From the NCBI GenBank assembly GCA_004431415.1, contig QPMI01000682.1, forward strand, positions 1 through 64,000: a stretch of 64,000 nt of DNA. Reading direction: 5' to 3'. This DNA is from Cyanophora paradoxa CCMP329 (taxonomy: Eukaryota; Plantae; Glaucophyta). The translations under genes and the position numbers were made by a program. Numbering within the stretch: position 1 is the first letter of the stretch; each line of letters begins with the position of its first letter. The notes beneath the pieces are model-generated. The model saw nothing but the letters and a program-made list of their open reading frames with translations, was not told where the DNA came from and ran no database searches. Below, in pieces: positions 25,501-34,900 of the stretch.

Positions 25501-28180
25501 AAAGGCTGAGCGAGCGAGGCCTCGAGATGCCCCGGCACTGGGCCATGATTTCTTGTTTCATTTGAGCCGGGCACCTCTCACTGATAGTGATCGCGAGGCT
25601 TCTGACGCCGTGAGGGGCGGAGAAGGGCCCGGGGCGATGCATACATATGCACATGCGGCAGCCCCAATGGGGCCGCCGGGCACGGGCACCCTGGTGGCTC
25701 TCTCCTCCTCCAATGCACTGGCACCACCCGGGACCGGGGGGATGCACCTTGAGAGGCTGCGGGCTCTCGTGCGCGAGCACGGCGCCCCCCCACCTTATGA
25801 TTTCAAACTACACGAGGCAGCCTTTAAGGCGGGGCAGCTGAGAAAATTTGCGCCGGCCTGGGTCCGTCAGTTCCGGAAAGTCGGCGCGGTGCTGCCCCGC
25901 TACGTGCACCTAGTGCTTGCCCGCGGGGCCCGCTTCGCGCTGCACGACGCAGAGCGCCACGACCCGCGCGATGCCTGGGACCCCAAACAGGCTATCTCGC
26001 CGGCCCAGATCCCCCCCTTCGAAGAGGATCCGCGCCCCTCCTGCTATCAGACGCCCGCACACACGGCATTCATCGATGGCGAGGTGGAGGGGCCCGGCAA
26101 GGGGATGGTGGCCATGGGCGTGGTTCGGCGCATGGCACCGGATGAGCCGCCTCCCCTCCACGTCTCCCCCCTTCACACCGTCGATAAGAAAGGGGCAGAC
26201 AAGTTCCGTCTCTGCCTCGACGCCAAGCGCATCAACCGCTACATCCACCTCCGCGCGTTCCGCTACCAGACGCTCGATCAGGTGATCGAGTTACTACGCC
26301 GCCACCCGGGCTGCTGGTTCGTCTCCTACGACATGCGCAAGGGCTACTACCACATCGCCCTCTGCCTCCTGACGGCCGGCATCTTGGCCTTCAAGTGGAC
26401 TTTCGAAGGCGTCACGCGCTACTACACCTACGAGGCCCTTCCCTTTGGCGTCGCCGCGGCATGCTACATCTTTACCAAGGTCATGCGCGCGTTTGCCAAG
26501 TACTGGCTGGCGCTGGGGATCATCCTCTGCATCTACCTTGACGACGGCCTCTTCATCTGCGGATCCTACGAGGAAGCCATCCTCGTCTCCATGCACCTCC
26601 GTCACCTCGGCGTGTTGCTCGGCATCACCTTCTCCGACAAGTCAGATTTCGAGCCTTCGCAAGATCGCGTGCACCTGGGCCTCGGCCTCGACACCGGCAC
26701 CGGCAACGGCTACTGCTTCTTACCCAAGAAGAAGATCGAAAAGCTTCTCGCGGTGCTCGAGCTCCTCCGAGGGGCATCTGCGGCCCCGGCCGTCGAGCTC
26801 CAGCGCATTGCTGGCTCGCTGAACGCGGCCCGGCATGCCTTCGTCGGCACTGCCCTCGTCGCGCGCCCCCTCTCTGCTGCTGTTGCCCTTGCCGAAGGAG
26901 CAGGCAGCGACCCCCGGGCCCGCGTCCCGCTCGGCCCCCTGCAGCAGGCAGTGATCGCCTGGCTGCTGCAGTACCTGCCGACGGCCCCACCGGCCCCCCT
27001 GGGGCGCCCTGCCAGCGCGTACCGCCTCTTCACGGATGCATCGGGCTCCGGCTATTGCGCCGCGCTCGATGTCGCCTCCACGCGGGAGCCTCTCTCGCTG
27101 GCTCGCAGCGACTTTCGGGGCCTGTTCGGCGTCTGGCCCCCTGAGATCGCGGAGGAGGACAACTGCTGGCGCGAGCTGCGCGCAGTCCTCATTGCCGCCA
27201 CTGAGCTCTTCCCCCTCCTGCCCGCTGGCAGCCATGTGATCGCCCGCGTTGACAACGCGTCCGCGGTGGCCTCGGCCCTTCGGGGCAGCGTCAAGGAGGG
27301 CATGATGGATCTTGCCCTGCGCCTCTTTTCGGCCTGCATCAAGGCGGGCGTGACACTAGAGGCAGTACACGTGCGCGGCAAAGACAACGTGATCGCCGAC
27401 GCCGGCTCACGCTCCCGTGCCCCCACCCTGCACAACAGGCTTCGCCGCCGGCTGGCCGCCCTGGCTCTCGGCCGCAAACAGGCCGACCTTCCGCACGTGC
27501 ACGTGAACGCGCGACGCGGGGCCCCGTTCACCTCCCCCCTCCCGGCCGCCGGAGCCGTGATCACGGTCGACTGGCAGCACCGCCCTCGATTCATCAACTG
27601 GCTCTGCGAGAGCGGTGATCAGCCGGGCGCCTGCTGTATCTGGCTCCTTGCCCGCCAACCAGGCGCCCTCGACTGGAGACCCCTCCACGCCGTTGCCGCT
27701 GCGCGAGGCTGGCTCCTCTGCCCGCTTCCTGAGGCTTGGGCACCACGGCACCTGTTCTACGCTGCCGAGGGCAGCGGCTCCGAGGGGCTAGGCCGCTCCC
27801 CTTGGCCCCTGTGGGTCTGCGCCCCGTCAGCACCCCAGGGGCTGATCACGGCCTTGACCTCGCAGGCCCCTATGGCGGAGGCCCTCCTCCCGTCGCGGCC
27901 CCCGTGTACGGGGCCTGGGGCCCGCCCCCCGGCGTCTGGCCGGCGCCAGCCTACCCCTGGCCGCACCCGGCCGTCTGGCCAGGCCACCCTATCTGGCCAC
28001 CCGCAGGCGCAGGCGCCTTTCCTCACGGCGGCCTCGGGCCAGGCCCAGCGCACGCCGCTGCCGACGCAGCACCCCGCGCTGGAACAGCCCCTGCTGCCCC
28101 ACCGCCCGGACCCGTGGGCGCCGGCGGCCCCGACCGCGCCCCTCGCGACCCGGCCTTGGAAGCGCGCAAGGCCGAGCTAG
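22586..28180 (+). CDS. DIRS-type Gag-like + reverse transcriptase + RNase H polyprotein (1864 aa)
   Basis: RT motifs KFRLCLDAKRIN, YDMRKGYYHI, LPFGVAAA and IYLDD. RNase H motifs LFTDAS, WRELRAV, VDN and HVRGKDNVIADAGSR. Confidence 0.92.
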   Translation: MSDNAGPPRPYFLASQGSPPPDSPPHGDAGRAFTSNMRPASPRRERTAPTRTQLADQQNHLESEQPQTEDRPRFPGLRAAGTDSARSRWASGPHELVAGPRGSFGPPDSSSTHQADAGRGCVPCKSTEHEGSRTFLLAAAGTLHTFINHLRRTRVQLPRRFMAQSMQHVLHGRYAGPESTARLAADEKPIAGKAMSLGEYTAEGRLYALCYSEPAEGTESQPTAAFEVLETGEFRWLAGGEHVELLSEHVVAVPATTGAGTPLELIYHDTNTLTELIYASRPEGDVPNRRRELTQAYLAIFRRMAALADGQQFGDITLELVLKHMPHQPTLEMIALGTLSHPFILGGLCASTSDPAFPRAFQQRSRLPQASVVREMLNSGRCLVPGWQAFGPNGSHTPLGGGLIGTLDQILAPDMIDWPAAARFFVGLAPAAGPTPGPSGASNHAAAPGAGAGSSSAASDWLALPPPPAIPTAQPAGGAGADASASAGSSSSSAPAGPAPFLDGASIAAALGPALSQMAVGAVQAAMQGLQPLTGSISTAIGTINSNLNVLASNQSTTKLESKEHRDPAPKEGAMAAYTTSKAIDALLGSFNLNTLFLDFRSSAAEQLTKARKAREGFLPVSILNKTNDLAMKDLFRAIGSSSAWHMAFAAADVAVEIQGAAQFQLLISLQSAQRLRKAGDEAAANASAACALHVYRTIEAATEVLFALGGGNPIYTPHRSPPGAQPHSNPPPGGLAPSIAAYGASLRAHASSAVLRETAKDIGCKLPLEKIGADSAIHTHEPVQLWDIRAAEKSLTTLIKSPALDSDPTKVKAFLEKVGGATKADALASGSSSSCQVDVTGAGLAPPAVLTSTPRPPPRPVPYALRLCTQWPRRSSSSLSAGWPGRPVAAVAAASASRRPSATAAHAATTAVMTAATTAASTTAATTAAMTAATTAATTAATIVTAAMTAATTAATCASGARHSARASGSAKAERARPRDAPALGHDFLFHLSRAPLTDSDREASDAVRGGEGPGAMHTYAHAAAPMGPPGTGTLVALSSSNALAPPGTGGMHLERLRALVREHGAPPPYDFKLHEAAFKAGQLRKFAPAWVRQFRKVGAVLPRYVHLVLARGARFALHDAERHDPRDAWDPKQAISPAQIPPFEEDPRPSCYQTPAHTAFIDGEVEGPGKGMVAMGVVRRMAPDEPPPLHVSPLHTVDKKGADKFRLCLDAKRINRYIHLRAFRYQTLDQVIELLRRHPGCWFVSYDMRKGYYHIALCLLTAGILAFKWTFEGVTRYYTYEALPFGVAAACYIFTKVMRAFAKYWLALGIILCIYLDDGLFICGSYEEAILVSMHLRHLGVLLGITFSDKSDFEPSQDRVHLGLGLDTGTGNGYCFLPKKKIEKLLAVLELLRGASAAPAVELQRIAGSLNAARHAFVGTALVARPLSAAVALAEGAGSDPRARVPLGPLQQAVIAWLLQYLPTAPPAPLGRPASAYRLFTDASGSGYCAALDVASTREPLSLARSDFRGLFGVWPPEIAEEDNCWRELRAVLIAATELFPLLPAGSHVIARVDNASAVASALRGSVKEGMMDLALRLFSACIKAGVTLEAVHVRGKDNVIADAGSRSRAPTLHNRLRRRLAALALGRKQADLPHVHVNARRGAPFTSPLPAAGAVITVDWQHRPRFINWLCESGDQPGACCIWLLARQPGALDWRPLHAVAAARGWLLCPLPEAWAPRHLFYAAEGSGSEGLGRSPWPLWVCAPSAPQGLITALTSQAPMAEALLPSRPPCTGPGARPPASGRRQPTPGRTRPSGQATLSGHPQAQAPFLTAASGQAQRTPLPTQHPALEQPLLPHRPDPWAPAAPTAPLATRPWKRARPS
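25306..25457 (+). repeat. 12-bp tandem repeat (GACGACCGCCGC)n, read as DDRR or TTAA depending on frame
   Basis: Seen directly. Both frames are open across it (ORFs 22586..28180 and 25090..25473). Confidence 0.9.
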
Positions 28181-29181
28181 AGGCAGCGGTTGAGGACTGG
28201 GCACAGTACGCCCTCTGCGAGCGGACGCAGCGGGCGTACGATAGCATCGTTGCCCGTTTCCGCGACTTCTGCCGGGAACTCGGTGTCGAGCCTCTTGGCA
28301 TCGATGCCGTGCGCCTCTATGCAGCCCAGCTGGGGCTCGAAGGCAAGCAGTGGTCCACCGTCCGTAAGCACCTGTCAGCAATCGCCGGTCGCCTCGCCCA
28401 CGAGGGACACCCGCTGCCGGCGGGCGCCCTATCTTCGAAGGCCCTTCGCGGCCTCCAGATGATCACCGAGCGCGCCGCGGACCAGGCCACCGTTCTTGCC
28501 CCGTCCCAAGTCCGGGCCTGGCTCTCCACGGACGACTTCCTCCGCCGGGGGGTCTTCGTCCAGCAGCGCGACCTCGCCCTCGTTCTGACGATGATCTTCG
28601 GCCTCCTGCGCTACGACGACGCCTGCCGGCGCCTGCGCCTTGACAGCGTCGTCGAGGCCTCAACTCGCGGGGCCCCGCGCCCCGGCCTCACCCTCATCCT
28701 CCGGGCCGACAAGACCAACCCGGCTCGCCGCGGCCCCAACGCGGGCGAGGACCCCGAGGGATGCCACGGTGAGCGTACCGTCACGATCACGGATATGCCA
28801 GAGCTCGGCCCGCTCGACGCCACACGCGCCCTCCGCCACTACCTTGCCAACTTCTCGGCCGAAGAGCGCCGCCTCCCGCAGCCCCTCTTCATCAACGACG
28901 AGGGCGAAGAGCTTTCCTACACCTACGTCAACAACATCCCCAAGCGCATCGCCACCTCCCTTGGCCTCAGTCCTGAGGATGGCTACTCCTCACACTCGTT
29001 CCGCCGCTCCGGCACAACTTGGGCCGCCCTGGGAGGCGCCGAAAAGCGTGTGCTCGAGGTCCACGGCCGCTGGTCGCACCGTGGTGCCACGGCGGAGCAG
29101 TACATTGATGCAGCGACGGAGCTGTCGGGCCGGGCGTGTGCACACATGTCCCAGTACCTGGCGGCAGTCCTGCCGCAGTGA
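27736..29181 (+). CDS. Tyrosine recombinase of the DIRS-type element
   Basis: SAM-like N-domain (TQRAYDSIVARFRDFC..STVRKHLSAI) and catalytic residues GLLRYDD, HSFRRSG, HGRW and EQY. The listed start is TTG; the first ATG lies inside the domain. Confidence 0.92.
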   Translation: MGTTAPVLRCRGQRLRGARPLPLAPVGLRPVSTPGADHGLDLAGPYGGGPPPVAAPVYGAWGPPPGVWPAPAYPWPHPAVWPGHPIWPPAGAGAFPHGGLGPGPAHAAADAAPRAGTAPAAPPPGPVGAGGPDRAPRDPALEARKAELEAAVEDWAQYALCERTQRAYDSIVARFRDFCRELGVEPLGIDAVRLYAAQLGLEGKQWSTVRKHLSAIAGRLAHEGHPLPAGALSSKALRGLQMITERAADQATVLAPSQVRAWLSTDDFLRRGVFVQQRDLALVLTMIFGLLRYDDACRRLRLDSVVEASTRGAPRPGLTLILRADKTNPARRGPNAGEDPEGCHGERTVTITDMPELGPLDATRALRHYLANFSAEERRLPQPLFINDEGEELSYTYVNNIPKRIATSLGLSPEDGYSSHSFRRSGTTWAALGGAEKRVLEVHGRWSHRGATAEQYIDAATELSGRACAHMSQYLAAVLPQ

Positions 29182-29343
29182 TGCCTAGATGGCCGAGGGG
29201 CCTTGTGACACGTGCCGTGGCAGCGATGGCCAATTGCAGGGCCTCAGGCGGCAGCATTGTGCATTTAGGGCAGTCGAGATGATATGATGATCATGATTCT
29301 GCTGCTGCTACTGTTGCTGCTGCTGCTGGCCCGAAGTGCTGCC

Positions 29344-29694
29344 TGGCTCAAAATGCTGTACCCCCCTCGAATTCGCGTACCCCTGGGGGCGCGAATCGAG
29401 TACCCCGGACGGCAAGATCGCCTACCCCTCGGCACACGGGGAGCGAAGAGATATCCTCCCCAACCACGCCCGCGAGGCAATACGTGGTCTATCCTTTTCG
29501 GGCCCTGGGGCCCTCCCAATCGGCCCTCCTCTGATGCTGTGCGGCCCCGGCCACGGCTCGATGAGCAGCCGCCTGCTTCCTCTTTTTCCCCTGCAGCTGT
29601 GCATGCGCGCAGAGGCCCATTTCCCAACTCGCAGCGGGCGAGCGGGCGCGGCAGCGAACGGCCGCGCGCAGCGGCGGGCCGTCGCGTAGAAGAA
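29344..29694 (+). repeat. Split direct repeat B1 (351 bp)
   Basis: The first 81 bp recur at 30455-30535 and the remainder recurs at 31440-31723. Confidence 0.88.
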
Positions 29695-29876
29695 GAGTGG
29701 ATTACTCCAGCAAAGCGTGAGAGTAATCTGTCTTCTTCGAGCAAGGCCGCGCGGAGTGCGGAAGGCAGCGTGACGCCTTCCCCCGCGGCGCCGCTCGCGT
29801 ACGCCCCCTTCGGGCTCAGATTTTGTGTACCCGAGCCGGCTAGCGCAGGCTCGGGCTCTCGCGGCTTTTGCCGACC
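29695..29876 (+). repeat. Split direct repeat A2 (internal B|A junction copy)
   Basis: Matches 22367-22548. Confidence 0.93.
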
Positions 29877-30454
29877 CTCCCACCGTCCCCAGCTTCACCT
29901 ATGCACAGGACTCAATGGCGCGCAGGCGCAGTCGACCGTCGGACGTCCTAGATAAAACTCTCGCCAGCGCCAGGCGTAACTCAAGATATCGATCATGATC
30001 AAGCAATTGTGCTTGACATGAGCCTGGCCGGCGACCTCAAGAATGACAGCCGCAGGATTAATAATCGCCCCAGAGTATGGGAGTCTTCTTTAATTTCAAG
30101 TTTTTGCTTCTTTTCATTTCATCACTAGTACTACCTTTCAACTGCTTCACCATCACAATCGATCAGCTTTCTTTGAATTTCTGTACAGCTTCACATTCTT
30201 CGAATGCAACTTCTGCACAGCTTCATAGTCATCTTCTACGTACACTTCAGCTGTTGAGTCAGGATCACGCAGGTCTGCTCACAGCATAGATATCAACCGC
30301 CTTTTTGTAGGCCGCCGATTTGGGCTGGGTTTCTGTTGCTTTCCCCAGGGCCCCCAGGCTCCGGCCTGGCCCCATTCCGCGGGCCTTATTTCAATGGCTG
30401 TCATGCGGATGGGTTATCTTTCTCCTGTTGAGGAGACTTTGTTTTTCGAATTCG

Positions 30455-31723
30455 TGGCTCAAAATGCTGTACCCCCCTCGAATTCGCGTACCCCTGGGGG
30501 CGCGAATCGAGTACCCCGGACGGCAAGATCGCCTAGCTAACAAATGAATTCGCACACACCGAGACAAATGGCTAGGGATATGACTGCAGTGTCCATCTGT
30601 GTCAAGTCGAGAGATGAGCCTACGGGAACAAGCCTTTCGGACATCGGACCGGGTGGAGCTATTGTACTGGAGAAAGGGGCCTATACCTGCCTAGAAACAC
30701 TGCCTACACCTGCCTAGAGAGCCGAAGCAGAGCAGAGCTACTATAACCCCCTCAGGACAAGGGCGCCTACAGAGAGGACCGATGTATAAGCGAGGATGAG
30801 GTCGAAGCGGCTGAGCCTGAACTATAGCCCTCAATTTGGCAGGGAAGAAGCGCACTAAGAGAGCAAGGCCAACTAACCCAGGGAGGGCCGGAAACCGGAG
30901 CCCGTGAGAGCCCGGGTGAAAACCGGCGGGCGCACAGCATCGCCGGCCGCAGCCGGCGACCTGTGCTCCTCGGCCGAGAGATACCTCCTCCAGCTGGCGC
31001 GCGCGCGCGCGGAGTCCGCTGCGGCGGGGGTTGGGAGGCCCCGGGCCGCCCGAGTGCTCAGAAGCACGTCGCCTCGCCAGGAATCCAAGCATCTGTGCGG
31101 CCGCGACGCCCACGGCCGCGACGCGGGCGTGCACTCACACGACCGACGATCATCTGCGCGGGCGCAGCACATGTCGCCGGCCCCATAGCCGCGGGCGGCC
31201 GATCGCTGCCGCAGAGAAGTGCTTGGGCTGAACGAGAGAGCAGCTGCTGAAGCCGCCGCTGGTGTTCGCTGGAGTAGCTCGCCGAACCGACCCACGGAGC
31301 GGATTCCTAACGGACGCGCGGCTAACCAGCTAGAGGAGGGCTAAAAGGCACCGCCGAGGCGATTCGCGGCAGCCGGAGAGGCGCCCAGCGGGCAGGAGCC
31401 CGCTACCTACTTTCTCTCCAGGTCGGGGTACGCGAATCCCGGCAAGATCGCCTACCCCTCGGCACACGGGGAGCGAAGAGATATCCTCCCCAACCACGCC
31501 TGCGAGGCAATACGTGGTCTATCCTTTTCGGGCCCTGGGGCCCTCCCAATCGGCCTCCTCTGATGCTGTGCGGCCCCGGCCACGGCTCGATGAGCAGCTG
31601 CCTGCTTCCTCTTTTTACCCTGCAGCTGCGCATGCGCGCCGAGGCCCATTTCCCAACTCGCAGCGGGCGAGCGGGCGCGGCAGCGAACGGCCGCGCGCAG
31701 CGGCGGGCCGTCGCGTAGAAGAA
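30455..31723 (+). repeat. Split direct repeat B2 (right terminus), interrupted by a 904-bp insertion
   Basis: 30455-30535 plus 31440-31723 reconstitute B1, with the 15-bp junction sequence duplicated. Confidence 0.85.
30536..31439. mobile_element. 904-bp insertion flanked by a 15-bp target-site duplication (CGGCAAGATCGCCTA), possibly a 5'-truncated non-LTR retroelement
   Basis: TSD copies lie at 30521-30535 and 31440-31454. The site is single-copy and uninterrupted in B1 (29410-29424). Confidence 0.7.
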
Positions 31724-31969
31724 ACTGTGATGCTGACGTACACGTGCCACGTCACGGCCCACGTGGCATTGCAGACTTGCAGATCCAGATATCAATCATA
31801 CACATCCACAGAAAATGTGGAGTACTCTTATTCATGACTATGATTCGATGTCATTCGATGTCATGATTCGATGATTGCACTTCATTGTAAGCGCTGCGGG
31901 CGCTGTGTGGGGTATTTAATTTCCCGGAGAGTTTGCGAACGCGCACCCTCCCACCGATTGCTCCCCCCA

Positions 31970-34900
31970 CACAATTGCTTGATCATGATCGATCATCGGA
32001 TATCTTGAGTTACGCCTGGCGCTGGCGAGAGTTTTATCTAGGACGTCCACTGCGCCTGCCCGCCATTGAGTCCTGTGCATAGGTGAAGCTGGGGACAGTG
32101 GGAGGGTCGGCAAAAGCCGCGAGAGCCCGAGCCTGCGCTAGCCGGCTCGGGTACACAAAATCTGAGCCTGAAGGGGGCGTACGCAAGCGGCGCCGCGGGG
32201 GAAGGCGTCACGCTGCCTTCCGCACTCCGCGCAGCCTTGCTCGAAGAAGACAGATTACTCTCACGCCTTGCTGGAGTAATCCACTCTTCTTCTACGCGAC
32301 GGCCCGCCGCTGCGCGCGGCCGTTCGCTGCCGCGCCCGCTCGCCCGCTGCGAGTTGGGAAATGGGCCTCGGCGCGCATGCGCAGCTGCAGGGTAAAAAGA
32401 GGAAGCAGGCAGCTGCTCATCGAGCCGTGGCCGGGGCCGCACAGCATCAGAGGAGGCCGATTGGGAGGGCCCCAGGGCCCGAAAAGGATAGACCACGTAT
32501 TGCCTCGCAGGCGTGGTTGGGGAGGATATCTCTTCGCTCCCCGTGTGCCGAGGGGTAGGCGATCTTGCCGGGATTCGCGTACCCCGACCTGGAGAGAAAG
32601 TAGGTAGCGGGCTCCTGCCCGCTGGGCGCCTCTCCGGCTGCCGCGAATCGCCTCGGCGGTGCCTTTTAGCCCTCCTCTAGCTGGTTAGCCGCGCGTCCGT
32701 TAGGAATCCGCTCCGTGGGTCGGTTCGGCGAGCTACTCCAGCGAACACCAGCGGCGGCTTCAGCAGCTGCTCTCTCGTTCAGCCCAAGCACTTCTCTGCG
32801 GCAGCGATCGGCCGCCCGCGGCTATGGGGCCGGCGACATGTGCTGCGCCCGCGCAGATGATCGTCGGTCGTGTGAGTGCACGCCCGCGTCGCGGCCGTGG
32901 GCGTCGCGGCCGCACAGATGCTTGGATTCCTGGCGAGGCGACGTGCTTCTGAGCACTCGGGCGGCCCGGGGCCTCCCAACCCCCGCCGCAGCGGACTCCG
33001 CGCGCGCGCGCGCCAGCTGGAGGAGGTATCTCTCGGCCGAGGAGCACAGGTCGCCGGCTGCGGCCGGCGATGCTGTGCGCCCGCCGGTTTTCACCCGGGC
33101 TCTCACGGGCTCCGGTTTCCGGCCCTCCCTGGGGTTAGTTGGCCTTGCTCTCTTAGTGCGCTTCTTCCCTGCCAAATTGAGGGCTATAGTTCAGGCTCAG
33201 CCGCTTCGACCTCATCCTCGCTTATACATCGGTCCTCTCTGTAGGCGCCCTTGTCCTGAGGGGGGTTATAGTAGCTCTGCTCTGCTTCGGCTCTCTAGGC
33301 AGGTGTAGGCAGTGTTTCTAGGCAGGTATAGGCCCCTTTCTCCAGTACAATAGCTCCACCCGGTCCGATGTCCGAAAGGCTTGTTCCCGTAGGCTCATCT
33401 CTCGACTTGACACAGATGGACACTGCAGTCATATCCCTAGCCATTTGTCTCGGTGTGTGCGAATTCATTTGTTAGCTAGGCGATCTTGCCGTCCGGGGTA
33501 CTCGATTCGCGCCCCCAGGGGTACGCGAATTCGAGGGGGTACAGCATTTTGAGCCACGAATACGAAAACAAAGTCTCCTCAACAGGAGAAAGATAACCCA
33601 TCCGCATGACAGCCATTGAAATAAGGCCCGCGGAATGGGGCCAGGCCGGAGCCTGGGGGCCCTGGGAAAAGCAACAGAAACCCAGCCCAAATCGGCGGCC
33701 TACAAAAAGGCGGTTGATATCTATGCTGTGAGCAGACCTGCGTGATCCTGACTCAACAGCTGAAGTGTTCGTAGAAGATGACTGTGAAGCTGCGCAGAAA
33801 GTTGCATTTGAGGAATGTGAAGCTGTACGGAAATTCGAAGGTAGCTGATCGATTGTGATGGTGCAGCAGTTGAAAGGTAGTACTAGTGATGAAATGAAAG
33901 GAAGCAAAACTTGAAATTAAAGAAGACTCCCATACTCTGGGGCGATTATTAATCCCGCAGCTGTCATTCTTGAGGTCGCCGGCCCGGCTCATGTCAAGCA
34001 CAATTGCTTGATCATGATCGATCATCGGATATCTTGAGTTACGCCTGGCGCTGGCGAGAGTTTTATCTAGGACGTCCACTGCGCCTGCCCGCCATTGAGT
34101 CCTGTGCATAGGTGAAGCTGGGGACAGTGGGAGGGTCGGCAAAAGCCGCGAGAGCCCGAGCCTGCGCTAGCCGGCTCGGGTACACAAAATCTGAGCCTGA
34201 AGGGGGCGTACGCAAGCGGCGCCGCGGGGGAAGGCGTCACGCTGCCTTCCGCACTCCGCGCAGCCTTGCTCGAAGAAGACAGATTACTCTCACGCCTTGC
34301 TGGAGTAATCCACTCTTCTTCTACGCGACGGCCCGCCGCTGCGCGCGGCCGTTCGCTGCCGCGCCCGCTCGCCCGCTGCGAGTTGGGAAATGGGCCTCGG
34401 CGCGCATGCGCAGCTGCAGGGTAAAAAGAGGAAGCAGGCAGCTGCTCATCGAGCCGTGGCCGGGGCCGCACAGCATCAGAGGAGGCCGATTGGGAGGGCC
34501 CAGGGCCCGAAAAGGATAGACCACGTATTGCCTCGCAGGCGTGGTTGGGGAGGATATCTCTTCGCTCCCCGTGTGCCGAGGGGTAGGCGATCTTGCCGGG
34601 ATTCGCGTACCCCGACCTGGAGAGAAAGTAGGTAGCGGGCTCCTGCCCGCTGGGCGCCTCTCCGGCTGCCGCGAATCGCCTCGGCGGTGCCTTTTAGCCC
34701 TCCTCTAGCTGGTTAGCCGCGCGTCCGTTAGGAATCCGCTCCGTGGGTCGGTTCGGCGAGCTACTCCAGCGAACACCAGCGGCGGCTTCAGCAGCTGCTC
34801 TCTCGTTCAGCCCAAGCACTTCTCTGCGGCAGCGATCGGCCGCCCGCGGCTATGGGGCCGGCGACATGTGCTGCGCCCGCGCAGATGATCGTCGGTCGTG

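Larger units (their letters stand above)
22367..31723 (+). mobile_element. Full-length tyrosine-recombinase retrotransposon (DIRS order, PAT/Ngaro-type split direct repeats A1-ORFs-B1-A2-spacer-B2)
   Basis: Contains a Gag-RT-RNaseH ORF and an overlapping YR ORF. A1 (22367-22548) equals A2 (29695-29876). B1 (29344-29694) directly abuts A2. The right end stops exactly at the B end (..GTAGAAGAA 31723). No TSD is seen, as expected for YR integration. Confidence 0.9.

Noticed and set aside
27430-27780. Possible DIRS-type DNA methyltransferase domain after RNase H
   Set aside because: The position fits, but neither the DxFA nor the (N/F)PP motif is present.
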